Source: Candidatus Heimdallarchaeota archaeon (GTDB lineage Archaea > Asgardarchaeota > Heimdallarchaeia > Heimdallarchaeales > Heimdallarchaeaceae). Taken from it: a DNA stretch of 64,000 nt. Shown piece by piece: positions 18,764 through 27,823 of the stretch. A model generated the notes under the pieces. It was not told the DNA's origin and did not search any database. It saw only the letters and a list, made by a program, of their open reading frames with translations. Each line of letters starts with the position of its first letter. The stretch's first letter is position 1. The position numbers and the translations under genes were made by a program. The stretch covers positions 51,228 through 115,227 of the forward strand of contig JAAFKI010000045.1 of assembly GCA_021399345.1 (NCBI GenBank), in the 5' to 3' direction.

Positions 18764-18929
18764 GTGTTATTTCACCTTGGAACTCATCCAAATTGTTCAA
18801 ATATAAGACTTTCCATTTTATAGTTATTAGAAGATATCTAGTTCTTGACAATTTGATATTCCAAAAAAATGAAAAGTTTTTCATTAATACTAGGGAAAAA
18901 TCTAAAAGTCACAATGCCATTCTATACCT

Positions 18930-21869
18930 ATGAGAAATAAGCCATTCATCGTTTTTCTAGTTTCATTTCTTATTCTTCCCTTACCCATGCTATATCAAAC
19001 AAATGCATCTTTAACTGGTTATCAGATGAATGCTTCAACATTATTCAATTCAAGCACTAGTTCAGATGAGACTATTTCCTCTATAACAAAAGCTAGTAAT
19101 ATCCTCGAGAATCAACGATGGAAATTTCCTATGGATCATAATCAAATTTACAAAGATTTGATGAAGTTTAACGGAAGAGCAATGATATCATTTTTCTCAT
19201 TTGAAGAAAGGGATATGTTCATAGAAAATACCATGAAAAGCGGTACATTAATTGAGAGAATTTTCAAGTCAATTCCCGCTGTATCAATTGCATATACAAA
19301 AGAAGCCTTACAACAATTGGGAATAAATAACCTAAGAGTGAAATATGTGTATCCAATAGGAACATATGATTTTCATATTCCTCAGAATGTGGATATGGAT
19401 ATCTCAGGATTGATGGATCTTAGTGTTCTTCGTCAAGCTCTTGAAATAGATGCTGTTCATGAGCAAGGTTATACAGGATATGGTGTAATTGTTGCAATAT
19501 TAGACAGTGGATTAAATACATCTGTAACACCAGCTTTGAGCAGTTTAAGAAACTATAATGAAACTAAAGTCATAATTGATCTGAACTTAATTCAAGATTT
19601 TGAAGACTCAGATGATTTGAGTGGTCATGGGACCCATATTGCTACTGTTTTAGCGGGAAATGGAAAATATAGAAACGAAGATGGCATTATAGAACTAACA
19701 GATGATTATGGGATTGCACCTGATGCTCAATTAATCAACATTAAAGTTCTTGATAGAACAGGATATGGAAAAGACGAATGGCTTTTTACTGGATTTGATG
19801 AGGCAGTGGGAGGTATCTTTATTCCAGGATTAGGACTTGTTATACCTGATGTCATTTCAGCTAGTTTAACTTCTGTAACATTTGCAGAAATTGGTGATCC
19901 TATAGAAGAACTGGTGTATGAAGCAGCACGGCAGAATATACCTGTAATTGCATCTGCTGGAAATTATGGTCCTTCAGGAGCGTCAATAGGTGCTCCAGCA
20001 ATCTGGGATCATGTTATAGCAGTTGGTGCGTCTGAATATATGGATAATCTCGCAATATTTACATCAAAAGGTTTGAATCGCAACTTTTCCGTTGGAATAG
20101 ACATATTAGCTCCAGGTGTTGCAATTCAAGGAAGTGATGCTGCAACTGGTGGTTCAAGATGGGTTTCAGGAACTTCTGTTGCTGCACCTATTGTTAGTGG
20201 TGTTTTTGCTCTATTAATAGGCGCCTTCCCAGGCCATGGAGTTCATAAATATGAAGCAGCCATTTTAGAAACAGCAGATGATATGAATTTCCCAATTATT
20301 TACCAAGGAAATGGGATGGTTAATCCCTTAGCAGCTTATTATTACTTAAATTCATATGAAGATCTTGGACTTTTTACAATATTACCAAAGCGAATTTCTC
20401 CGGTGAATGAGTATTTTTACTCGTGTGTAGAGGGGGAAACCTCTGAATTTATCATTAAGCTTATCTCATCTTTTGATGGACAAATAGTTACAACTCTCAC
20501 AGGAGATTCACAATTCATTGAAATATCAAATCAAATAGATGTCTTTACAGGTTGGAATCACTTTGCATTCAACATCTCAATTCCTCTAAACACACCTATA
20601 AGAGCTATTACTGCAGGAATTTTGTTTGAGAATACTGATGGAATTATTATAACTATGAGTGTTTCAATTCAAACAAGATATTTAGGTGGGACGGTTCTAT
20701 TCGATAACTCTCATGAAAATGATACAGAAAACAGATGGTTTGATGCATCTTCATCAGTGGGGACACACACGTATCTTACTCGAATCTTGAAAGACAGAGG
20801 TTTTCGTATACGCAATCATTATCAAGGAAACTACTCTTTTACAAATATTGATATTTTAGTCATCTCAGATCCTGAATTTAATTTTACTTCAGAGGAGTTA
20901 GCTGATATTCAAGATTTTGTTACTAGTGGTGGTTCCCTACTATTTTTGATTGACAGTATTAGATTTATTGATGCCAAATCTATAGATAATGAACCATTAA
21001 TTTCAAGTAATTATTATGCGTGTGATGAATTACTAGAACACTTCAATATGAGTGTAGGACAATCAGTACCTATTACTTATGTTCCCTATGAAGCACAGAT
21101 TATTGAAACGGAAAATTTTGATGTAGATTCTTTTATGTTTTGGGGAAGACCTGTCTTTTTCTCGGATAATCCAAATGAAAACAACACTGTTATAGCGACA
21201 TATGAGACCTTTATAGATAGTGAAAAATATACTTTTAATGCTGCAATAGCAAAGGAATATCACAACGGAAGAGTAATGGTTTTTGGCTCAGGATACCCAT
21301 TTACAGATCATGGTTTGTTACCAGATTCCTATGAGAGTAACCCTTCAAGGGCTGGATTAGATTATTCATTCAAAGATATTTTTGGTCTGGATGATAAAAA
21401 CTCTCAATTGGTGAATGAAACATTCAATTGGCTTATTGATACACATAGACCAGAGTATATAATAGAAAGTACTCCAGAGGAAACATTCATCCGAAAACCA
21501 GTATCTATTGGTGTTCAAATCAGATTCAAGAATGGAAGTTTCTATGTAAGTGAAAATAATAAGCTGAATGCAACTCTAATGTATCCAAATTTAGTATTTG
21601 AAAATCTTGAACTAATCTATAATTCAACATCAAGTCAATATGAAATTACTTTTACGCTAGAGGAGTATGGATTGCATATTTTATATATTCCGCTAAAATT
21701 CACAGATTATACTCCTTCAGATGGAAGAATTGAAATCTTAAATAATGTTCACTTTTGGGATCAATTGAGCACAATAAGATCTATTTCAAACTGGGTAATA
21801 GCTTTTGTGTTTATCTCTCTAGCTATGGTTCCGGTTATCAGATTCAGATTTCGAAAAATAACGACATAA
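18930..21869 (+). CDS. subtilisin-family (S8) serine protease: signal peptide, ~500-aa C-terminal extension, C-terminal TM anchor
   Basis: Catalytic triad motifs VAILDSGL (Asp), SGHGTHIATVLAG (His), SGTSVAAPIVSG (Ser). The N-terminal hydrophobic signal is FIVFLVSFLILPLP. The C-terminus is NWVIAFVFISLAMVPVIRFRFRKITT. Confidence 0.85.
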   Translation: MRNKPFIVFLVSFLILPLPMLYQTNASLTGYQMNASTLFNSSTSSDETISSITKASNILENQRWKFPMDHNQIYKDLMKFNGRAMISFFSFEERDMFIENTMKSGTLIERIFKSIPAVSIAYTKEALQQLGINNLRVKYVYPIGTYDFHIPQNVDMDISGLMDLSVLRQALEIDAVHEQGYTGYGVIVAILDSGLNTSVTPALSSLRNYNETKVIIDLNLIQDFEDSDDLSGHGTHIATVLAGNGKYRNEDGIIELTDDYGIAPDAQLINIKVLDRTGYGKDEWLFTGFDEAVGGIFIPGLGLVIPDVISASLTSVTFAEIGDPIEELVYEAARQNIPVIASAGNYGPSGASIGAPAIWDHVIAVGASEYMDNLAIFTSKGLNRNFSVGIDILAPGVAIQGSDAATGGSRWVSGTSVAAPIVSGVFALLIGAFPGHGVHKYEAAILETADDMNFPIIYQGNGMVNPLAAYYYLNSYEDLGLFTILPKRISPVNEYFYSCVEGETSEFIIKLISSFDGQIVTTLTGDSQFIEISNQIDVFTGWNHFAFNISIPLNTPIRAITAGILFENTDGIIITMSVSIQTRYLGGTVLFDNSHENDTENRWFDASSSVGTHTYLTRILKDRGFRIRNHYQGNYSFTNIDILVISDPEFNFTSEELADIQDFVTSGGSLLFLIDSIRFIDAKSIDNEPLISSNYYACDELLEHFNMSVGQSVPITYVPYEAQIIETENFDVDSFMFWGRPVFFSDNPNENNTVIATYETFIDSEKYTFNAAIAKEYHNGRVMVFGSGYPFTDHGLLPDSYESNPSRAGLDYSFKDIFGLDDKNSQLVNETFNWLIDTHRPEYIIESTPEETFIRKPVSIGVQIRFKNGSFYVSENNKLNATLMYPNLVFENLELIYNSTSSQYEITFTLEEYGLHILYIPLKFTDYTPSDGRIEILNNVHFWDQLSTIRSISNWVIAFVFISLAMVPVIRFRFRKITT

Positions 21870-21898
21870 ATCCTTATTGCCCTTTTTCTCATTTCGTG

Positions 21899-21916
21899 TG
21901 TGCAAGCCTTTGCACA
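21899..21916. promoter_or_regulatory. perfect 7-bp inverted repeat TGTGCAA-N4-TTGCACA upstream of the wHTH regulator gene
   Basis: TGTGCAA at 21899-21905 and TTGCACA at 21910-21916. A third TGTGCAA at 21941-21947 lies immediately after a TTTATATA box (21932-21939). Confidence 0.3.
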
Positions 21917-21931
21917 GCGTTTTACGAAAGG

Positions 21932-21939
21932 TTTATATA
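21932..21939 (+). promoter_or_regulatory. TATA-box-like element (TTTATATA)
   Basis: A consensus-like archaeal TATA about 60 nt upstream of the ATG at 21999, flanked by TGTGCAA half-sites. Confidence 0.3.
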
Positions 21940-21998
21940 CTGTGCAAAATATATACACATGTGGAAAAAATTTACACACCGCTTCAAAAGTGATAACA

Positions 21999-22277
21999 AT
22001 GAAAAGGGAAAAACTACCAAAAGGATCAATCGAAGTTATTGATTTATTAGGGGATAAGGGAGCATTAACACAAAAAGAGATAATTGACAGTTTGAAGGAA
22101 ACCAAACCACGAGCAATTAGATATACTGTTAGACAGTTACTAGAAAGAACAGTTCTTGTAAACCGTGCTAATTTCGAGGATATGAGATCTTCATTAATAG
22201 GACTCAACCCTGAAATGGACAACAATTTGAAGGATTTAATAACTCTAAGTAAGGAAAGAGTTATTGCTTTAGCTTAG
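21999..22277 (+). CDS. small winged-helix transcription regulator (MarR/ArsR-like)
   Basis: I prefer the ATG at 21999 (MKREKLPKGSIEVIDLLGDKGALTQKEIIDSLKETKPRAIRYTVRQLLERTVLV...), a typical wHTH layout. The upstream part of the listed 125-aa ORF overlaps the promoter-like region. Confidence 0.55.
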   Translation: MKREKLPKGSIEVIDLLGDKGALTQKEIIDSLKETKPRAIRYTVRQLLERTVLVNRANFEDMRSSLIGLNPEMDNNLKDLITLSKERVIALA

Positions 22278-22345
22278 TACATGAGAAATAAGATTATTAT
22301 CAAAATCTTTTTTATCTCTTAATTTTCAGTTTTTATGGAAAAGAG

Positions 22346-23647
22346 ATGACAATAAAAATCATAGCTAATATTTCGGGATTCTTTGTATTCGATAATCAAG
22401 ATAAATTGATCGAGTTTACAGCTTATGAAAAGAACCCTGAAAAAATTGCTGAAAAGATCCACAACTTATCGAAATATACTATTTCCGAAGAATTAGAGAA
22501 TATTTTTTCTGACTTAAAGGAAAAAACTATTGAAACTAATTCAGCTGACGTTCAGAATTTCTCTAGAAGTAAGGGAATAAAGAGTGAACTCATTATTAAA
22601 TCTGAAAATTATCAAGCTGTAATCTCAAAGATTCCAGAAATCCTTATTCAAAAGAATTATATCAAAGACGATGCAGAATATACTGTACTATTGAAAGATG
22701 TTAGCATAAATCTTTCAAAGAAAAGCGTTGCTTATAGTTCTCAAAGAATTGATAAGAACGTAGTCCACGCAATTTTATCAATGGATGATATAGATAAAAC
22801 CACCAATCTTTTTTCATCTCGAATAAGAGAATGGTATGGGGTTCATTTCCCAGAAATTTTGAAAGAAGTACAAAATCATGTAACTCTTTGCAAAATCGTC
22901 ACTGAAATTGGAACAAGACAAAAATTTACAGAAAATGGTCTCAAAGATTATGGGTTCTCTATAGAGAGAAGTAAAAAACTTGTTCAATTAGCATCAAAAT
23001 CCATGGGAGCATCTTATGAGGATAAAGATTTGCGTCCTCTACAAGATATGGCACAAAAAACTCTTGATTTATATGAAGAACGAGAGAATTTGGAAAGTTG
23101 GATAGAAAGAGAGATGGGAAGAATAGCTCCAAATATGAAAGCAGTAGTAGGGTCTTCTATTGCTGCTAGGTTAATTGCTTTAGCTGGAGGATTGAGAGAA
23201 ATAGCTATGAAACCAGCAAGTACAGTTCAGTTATTAGGTGCAGAAAAAGCGCTTTTTAGAGCATTAAAAACTGGAGCTAAACCACCAAAACATGGTATTA
23301 TCTATCAGATGCCAGAAATACACAGCTGTCCATGGTGGCAAAGAGGGAATATATCTAGAGCTATTGCTGGAAGACTCACAATTGCAGCTAGAATAGATTT
23401 CTTCCAAGGAGAATTCTATGGAGACCAACTGCGAATTGAGGTTGAACAAAAAATCGATGAAATTAAAGAGAAATATAAGAATCCCCCTGAAGGCAAACAA
23501 CCACCAGTTGATAGAAGTTTTCAACCCGATCAACAAAGACCAAAACGTGGAAGCTACAAAAATGGTCAAAAGGGAGGCCAAAGAAGTAGTCAAAGGGGAG
23601 GTCAAAGAAAACCTCCATATAAGAAACCCTACCAAAAGAGGAGATAA
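22346..23647 (+). CDS. nop5: C/D box sRNP core protein Nop5 (Nop56/58) with G/Q/R/K-rich basic tail
   Basis: LIALAGGLREIAMKPASTVQLLGAEKALFRALKTGAKPPKHGIIYQ is the Nop-domain signature, with a coiled-coil middle region. The tail reads ...KGGQRSSQRGGQRKPPYKKPYQKRR. Fibrillarin follows immediately. Confidence 0.9.
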   Translation: MTIKIIANISGFFVFDNQDKLIEFTAYEKNPEKIAEKIHNLSKYTISEELENIFSDLKEKTIETNSADVQNFSRSKGIKSELIIKSENYQAVISKIPEILIQKNYIKDDAEYTVLLKDVSINLSKKSVAYSSQRIDKNVVHAILSMDDIDKTTNLFSSRIREWYGVHFPEILKEVQNHVTLCKIVTEIGTRQKFTENGLKDYGFSIERSKKLVQLASKSMGASYEDKDLRPLQDMAQKTLDLYEERENLESWIEREMGRIAPNMKAVVGSSIAARLIALAGGLREIAMKPASTVQLLGAEKALFRALKTGAKPPKHGIIYQMPEIHSCPWWQRGNISRAIAGRLTIAARIDFFQGEFYGDQLRIEVEQKIDEIKEKYKNPPEGKQPPVDRSFQPDQQRPKRGSYKNGQKGGQRSSQRGGQRKPPYKKPYQKRR

Positions 23648-23649
23648 AA

Positions 23650-24333
23650 ATGTCAAACCTAGAAAATCATAAATTTGGAAATTTGTTTTGGGTAACTACT
23701 AGAGATGGAAACAAGAGATTAGCAACAATTAATGCTGACCCTGGTAAAAAAGTATATACAGAGAGATTATTAACTGAAGAAGGAACTGAATATCGAACTT
23801 TTGACCCCTATAAAAGCAAACTAGGTGCAGCTATTTTCAAGAAACTTAAAACATTCCCTTTAACTAAAGGCAGTAAAATTTTGTATTTAGGTGCTGCTTC
23901 TGGAACAACCGTATCTCACATTTCCGATATTTTAGGCGATGAAGGTTCAATCTTTGCAGTAGAATTTTCCGCTCGATCAATGGGAGATCTCATAGTTGTT
24001 GCTGAAAGAAGGAAAAATATTATACCACTTCATGCAGACGCAAGATTTCCTGAAGAGTATAGTAACATAGTTCCCCAAGTAGATATTGTCTATGAGGATG
24101 TTGCTCAACCATCTCAAGCAGAGATTCTTGATACTAATGTTAAAACCTATCTTAAAGATGGTGGATATTTCTTTTTAGCTGTAAAATCTAGAAGTATTGA
24201 TGTAACCAAAGATCCAAAAATAGTGTTCAAAGAGGTAATTGATAAGATCGAATCTTTTGGTCTGAAGATTATTGAAACAGTAAATTTAGAACCTTACGAA
24301 AAAGATCACATTATGATTGTTGGGCAAAAGTAA
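23650..24333 (+). CDS. flpA: fibrillarin-like rRNA/tRNA 2'-O-methyltransferase
   Basis: ILYLGAASGTTVSHISDI (SAM-binding motif), VEFSARSMGDL, YEDVAQPSQAEIL. The start is 2 nt after the nop5 stop. Confidence 0.9.
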   Translation: MSNLENHKFGNLFWVTTRDGNKRLATINADPGKKVYTERLLTEEGTEYRTFDPYKSKLGAAIFKKLKTFPLTKGSKILYLGAASGTTVSHISDILGDEGSIFAVEFSARSMGDLIVVAERRKNIIPLHADARFPEEYSNIVPQVDIVYEDVAQPSQAEILDTNVKTYLKDGGYFFLAVKSRSIDVTKDPKIVFKEVIDKIESFGLKIIETVNLEPYEKDHIMIVGQK

Positions 24334-24342
24334 CTGCTCAAC

Positions 24343-25335
24343 TTAACTTTCTTTTATATTGGAGTATTTTTTAACCCAATTTTTAACTAAATCAAAAGCT
24401 TTCTTCATCTGATTAAGTTCATCTACAGTAAAAGTTGGTATGTTTTGAGTTAGAGGATTATCAGAGTCTTCAACAATCATTACAGCTCTTCTTTTAGTCA
24501 AAGTAGCTATATCTTGGGTAAGAATTGCGCGTTCAGCCATATTCTTTTGTTGAAAATCATCTACACAAACTAGAATGTTCATCCCACTGTGAATATCTAG
24601 GTTTTTCTGCTCTCCAAAAGCATCAAAAGGAGATTGACGAGTCCAAAATTGAGTAAAAAAGCCTAATTCTTCAAGAATTCCGGATATTTCCTCCTTGAAA
24701 TTTGAAAGATTTTCAGTTGAATATTGTGGTCTTGATTCTTTCTCAATGTCTATATTGAAGATTTTGATTCCTTGCGCTACTGGGGAATCTAATATTTCTT
24801 CCAGTTTTGCTGCAGTTGAAGGAGTTGGGTTTATGGAATGCTCATATTCGTAAATTGTTCTTCTAGAAACTCCCACAAGATGTGCTAAATCTGCATAACT
24901 TAGATTTTTTTCCAGTCTTGCTTGACGGAGTATTTTTCTGTTAATTTGAACAAAATATCCACCTTTGCTGCAATATACAATTGGAGGTACTCCATGAGAA
25001 ATTAGATTAGTAAAAGTTTCACTACTAACAACAGGAATACCATACCTTAGTAAAACCAAGCCATCATCAATTTCTGAAAAACGTCTTCCTCGCTCACCTA
25101 TAATTAAAGGAGATGCATTAAGAAAGGTTGCAATATTCTTTAGTTCAAAAGAATTGTCACGGTTAAAATTATCAATATAGGGTTCAACTTTGATAATTAT
25201 AAGCTGGTCTCTTCTTTTAGCGATAATATCAAAACAGGCTTTACTTCCTTGAGATAATTTAGCAATACTATATCCATTAGTATTGAGAATCTTTTCTACA
25301 TCAGATAGAATTGCTAAACGACTGCTTTGAGACAT
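24343..25335 (-). CDS. archaeal putative HTH-type (XRE) transcription regulator, COG1395-like
   Basis: Central HTH_3 segment RLEKNLSYADLAHLVGVSRRTIYEYEHS. The ~330-aa length and flanking domains are typical of the conserved archaeal family annotated as putative HTH-type transcriptional regulatory protein. Confidence 0.65.
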   Translation of the reverse strand: MSQSSRLAILSDVEKILNTNGYSIAKLSQGSKACFDIIAKRRDQLIIIKVEPYIDNFNRDNSFELKNIATFLNASPLIIGERGRRFSEIDDGLVLLRYGIPVVSSETFTNLISHGVPPIVYCSKGGYFVQINRKILRQARLEKNLSYADLAHLVGVSRRTIYEYEHSINPTPSTAAKLEEILDSPVAQGIKIFNIDIEKESRPQYSTENLSNFKEEISGILEELGFFTQFWTRQSPFDAFGEQKNLDIHSGMNILVCVDDFQQKNMAERAILTQDIATLTKRRAVMIVEDSDNPLTQNIPTFTVDELNQMKKAFDLVKNWVKKYSNIKES

Positions 25336-25417
25336 ATTCCAACCTGTAACTTATTTCTAAAATCCATCAAGAAGAAACAAATATAAGTTTAGCTTTGTAA
25401 ACAAACAACTTGTTAGT

Positions 25418-27007
25418 TTACAATTTTTTTGACATATAAGGACCGTCCTTTGTATATCCTCGTTTTTGATAATATTCTCTTACTCCAACACCAGAAATTA
25501 CTGAAATCTTAGAATAATCTTTTTCTTTCCCAATTTCTTCTGCTCTTGAAAGTAACTCTTTTCCATACCCTCTATGTTGCCATTGAAGGGCCCCACTCTT
25601 CGAAGCCTGCAAACCTCGAAGTTCTCCATATATATGTAGTTCTCTTACAATAATCGTAGATTTGTCAAACTCTGGACGAATAATGTTATCACTTAGCTCT
25701 CTTAATCTTAAAAATCCGATAAGGGCATCGTTTTCTGTTTCTTCAAAGGATAGAAAATGTTCGATTCCTTCGCTGGCTTCATATGATCGCTCAATTAAAT
25801 CAATCTTTGACTGATTTATTTTTATGCCTTTTTTATAAATGATATGGCCTACTTCTCTGCAGCGAATACACTGGCATTTCTTTCCTTGTTTTTCGAGAAG
25901 AGCTTGAACATCTAATCTCAAATCACTCTTATTTGGACCTGCAGCTATTTGATGTGCAGGTATGTCCCTAAGCACTCTCTTGATTCGTACATATGGAGGA
26001 ATTAGTTCTTTTATTTTAGCAATTAAGTTTGTAGTAGATTCATTAGTTAAGGGTTCATATTCTCCATTTTGAAAATCTTGGAAAAGTTGAGTTCCAGGAA
26101 TAACCATAGTTGGATAGATTTTAAGCTCATCAGGTCGGAATCTAGAATCATTAAACAGAATTTCAAAAGATTCAATATCTCTCTCAAATGTTGAACCTGG
26201 GAGGCCAGGCATCATATGTGCAGTAATTTTAAGTCCAGTATCCTTGATGAATTGAAAAGCTGCAACTGTTTCTTTAACTCCGTGACCTCTTTGCATTTTT
26301 TCTAGAATATCATCAAACACAGACTGAACTCCAACTTCTAATCTTGTAACGCCGTATTCTATAAGATGATTAATTTTCTCGTGATTTATCTGATCAGGTC
26401 TTGTTTCAGCTGTTAAACCTATACATCGATGAACAGCTGTTTCGTTGATTTTATGTGCTTCTTGAATGTCCTTGGAATCATTTTCATTAAAAGCATCAAA
26501 CATTCGTTGAATAAACCATAATTGATATTCAACAGGTTGGTTGGTAAAGGTTCCTCCCATGATGATAGCGTCTATTTTCTCAGTTGAGTGACCTATAGAT
26601 TCAAGTTGTTTAATTCGTTCAGTTACTTGAAGATAAGGGTCGAAATTGTTACGAATCCCCCTCATAGCTGTAGGTTCATATCCAGTATAACTTTGAGGTT
26701 TATCAATTTCTGGACCTCCAGGGCACATAATACATTTTCCATGAGGACACTCCCATGGGCGCGTCATTGCAGCTACAATTGCGACTCCCGATAAAGTTCG
26801 GACAATACGTTTTATAAGAATAGGAAGTAGTAACTCTCTTTCTTCAGTATCACAAATTGCTAAAATTTCACTGTTCTTTGGAAAATCTTTCAGTTTATAT
26901 TTTTTAGCAATATCACGTTTGACTTGACCTAGAATTTTTCTATTAGGCTCTTCTAAAATTAATAGCCTTTCTTTAATTTCGACTAGAGCTTTATCTCGAT
27001 CATTCAT
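25418..27007 (-). CDS. elp3: Elp3-type radical SAM / GNAT tRNA-modification enzyme
   Basis: Radical SAM Cys cluster in WECPHGKCIMCPGG, TIM-barrel core motifs (IMGGTF, TAETRPD, RLEVGVQS), and a C-terminal GNAT motif QHRGYGKELL. I prefer the ATG at 27007 (MNDRDKALVEIKERL), because the listed start at 27112 overlaps rps30e. Confidence 0.85.
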   Translation of the reverse strand: MNDRDKALVEIKERLLILEEPNRKILGQVKRDIAKKYKLKDFPKNSEILAICDTEERELLLPILIKRIVRTLSGVAIVAAMTRPWECPHGKCIMCPGGPEIDKPQSYTGYEPTAMRGIRNNFDPYLQVTERIKQLESIGHSTEKIDAIIMGGTFTNQPVEYQLWFIQRMFDAFNENDSKDIQEAHKINETAVHRCIGLTAETRPDQINHEKINHLIEYGVTRLEVGVQSVFDDILEKMQRGHGVKETVAAFQFIKDTGLKITAHMMPGLPGSTFERDIESFEILFNDSRFRPDELKIYPTMVIPGTQLFQDFQNGEYEPLTNESTTNLIAKIKELIPPYVRIKRVLRDIPAHQIAAGPNKSDLRLDVQALLEKQGKKCQCIRCREVGHIIYKKGIKINQSKIDLIERSYEASEGIEHFLSFEETENDALIGFLRLRELSDNIIRPEFDKSTIIVRELHIYGELRGLQASKSGALQWQHRGYGKELLSRAEEIGKEKDYSKISVISGVGVREYYQKRGYTKDGPYMSKKL

Positions 27008-27038
27008 TTGAAAACAGTTTTTCAATAAATAGAAGATA

Positions 27039-27221
27039 TTATCTGGAACGACGTTTAGCTCCCATGCTTTGAGCTTGACCAGCGTAACGACCAAGAATAA
27101 CACGTTTAACATATTTGTTTCTTAGACCCCTTCGGGGAATAGGACTGTGTCTTTCTTTTCCTTCAACTTTGGGAGTTTGCTTTCTAACTTTTCCTGCTTT
27201 TTGGAGCGATCCGTGACCCAT
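27039..27221 (-). CDS. rps30e: 30S ribosomal protein S30e
   Basis: GSLQKAGKVRKQTPKVEGKE... matches the S30e core (GSLARAGKVR.QTPKV). 60 aa and very basic. Confidence 0.75.
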   Translation of the reverse strand: MGHGSLQKAGKVRKQTPKVEGKERHSPIPRRGLRNKYVKRVILGRYAGQAQSMGAKRRSR

Positions 27222-27405
27222 TTAAACACCTTTTTTGTCTACTTTAGTGGTCGAAGGTACGTTTAAAAACTTATAGTTTTTGGTTCAGAAGAAAACTCTA
27301 CAATAGGAGATTCAGTATAGATTCATATTTAAGCACGAGAAAGTAATTCATCGGTTTATATACCAAATGTAGTATTAGTAGTTGAAAACAACTAAGGTGT
27401 AAAAC

Positions 27406-27723
27406 TTGACATGGAAAATGGTATTCAAAATCTACGCTGAAGAAAAGGAGAAAAAACTGGAATTAACCAGATTTAAACTGAGCAACATAACCAATGTTAA
27501 AGAATTTCTGAAAAACTTCTTTGAAGATCAAAGAGAGTGGTTAAGAGAGCAAAGCAACCTAGGGAAAGGTTTAGGTTATGAAATTGTTCTTGTTGATGAT
27601 AATGGACAAGATTTACCAATGAAAAACCTGTATGAAATTCTGTATACACGAGAGGATCTTGTCTCATTTTTTAGTATGACTACTGATACAATAGGTGAAC
27701 TACTAGCTGAAGGGATAACTTAG
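27406..27723 (+). CDS. hypothetical small protein
   Basis: 105-aa ORF starting at the TTG at 27406, or the ATG at 27418. No motif recognised. Coding status rests on ORF length and position only. Confidence 0.35.
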   Translation: MTWKMVFKIYAEEKEKKLELTRFKLSNITNVKEFLKNFFEDQREWLREQSNLGKGLGYEIVLVDDNGQDLPMKNLYEILYTREDLVSFFSMTTDTIGELLAEGIT

Positions 27724-27823
27724 AGGAATCATCTATGATTTATTTTGAAACTTGTGTAAAAAATAATAAAACAATTAAAAAAGGAATAGGAAGTAAGACT
27801 TCCACATATAAATTTCCTTAATC

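Noticed and set aside
21761-22225. 154-aa minus-strand ORF overlapping the wHTH regulator gene
   Set aside because: It has no recognisable motif. It lies fully antisense to a gene with a clear wHTH sequence and to the end of the subtilase gene, which is typical of AT-rich shadow ORFs. The same reasoning applies to 46022-46462 (-), 12152-12469 (-), 36145-36504 (+), 34971-35372 (+), 23264-23656 (-) and the other short overlapping ORFs in the track.
27008-27112. N-terminal 35-aa extension of the Elp3 ORF
   Set aside because: It would overlap the rps30e coding sequence in another frame, and it is hydrophobic and non-conserved. The internal ATG at 27007 begins the expected Elp3 N-terminus.
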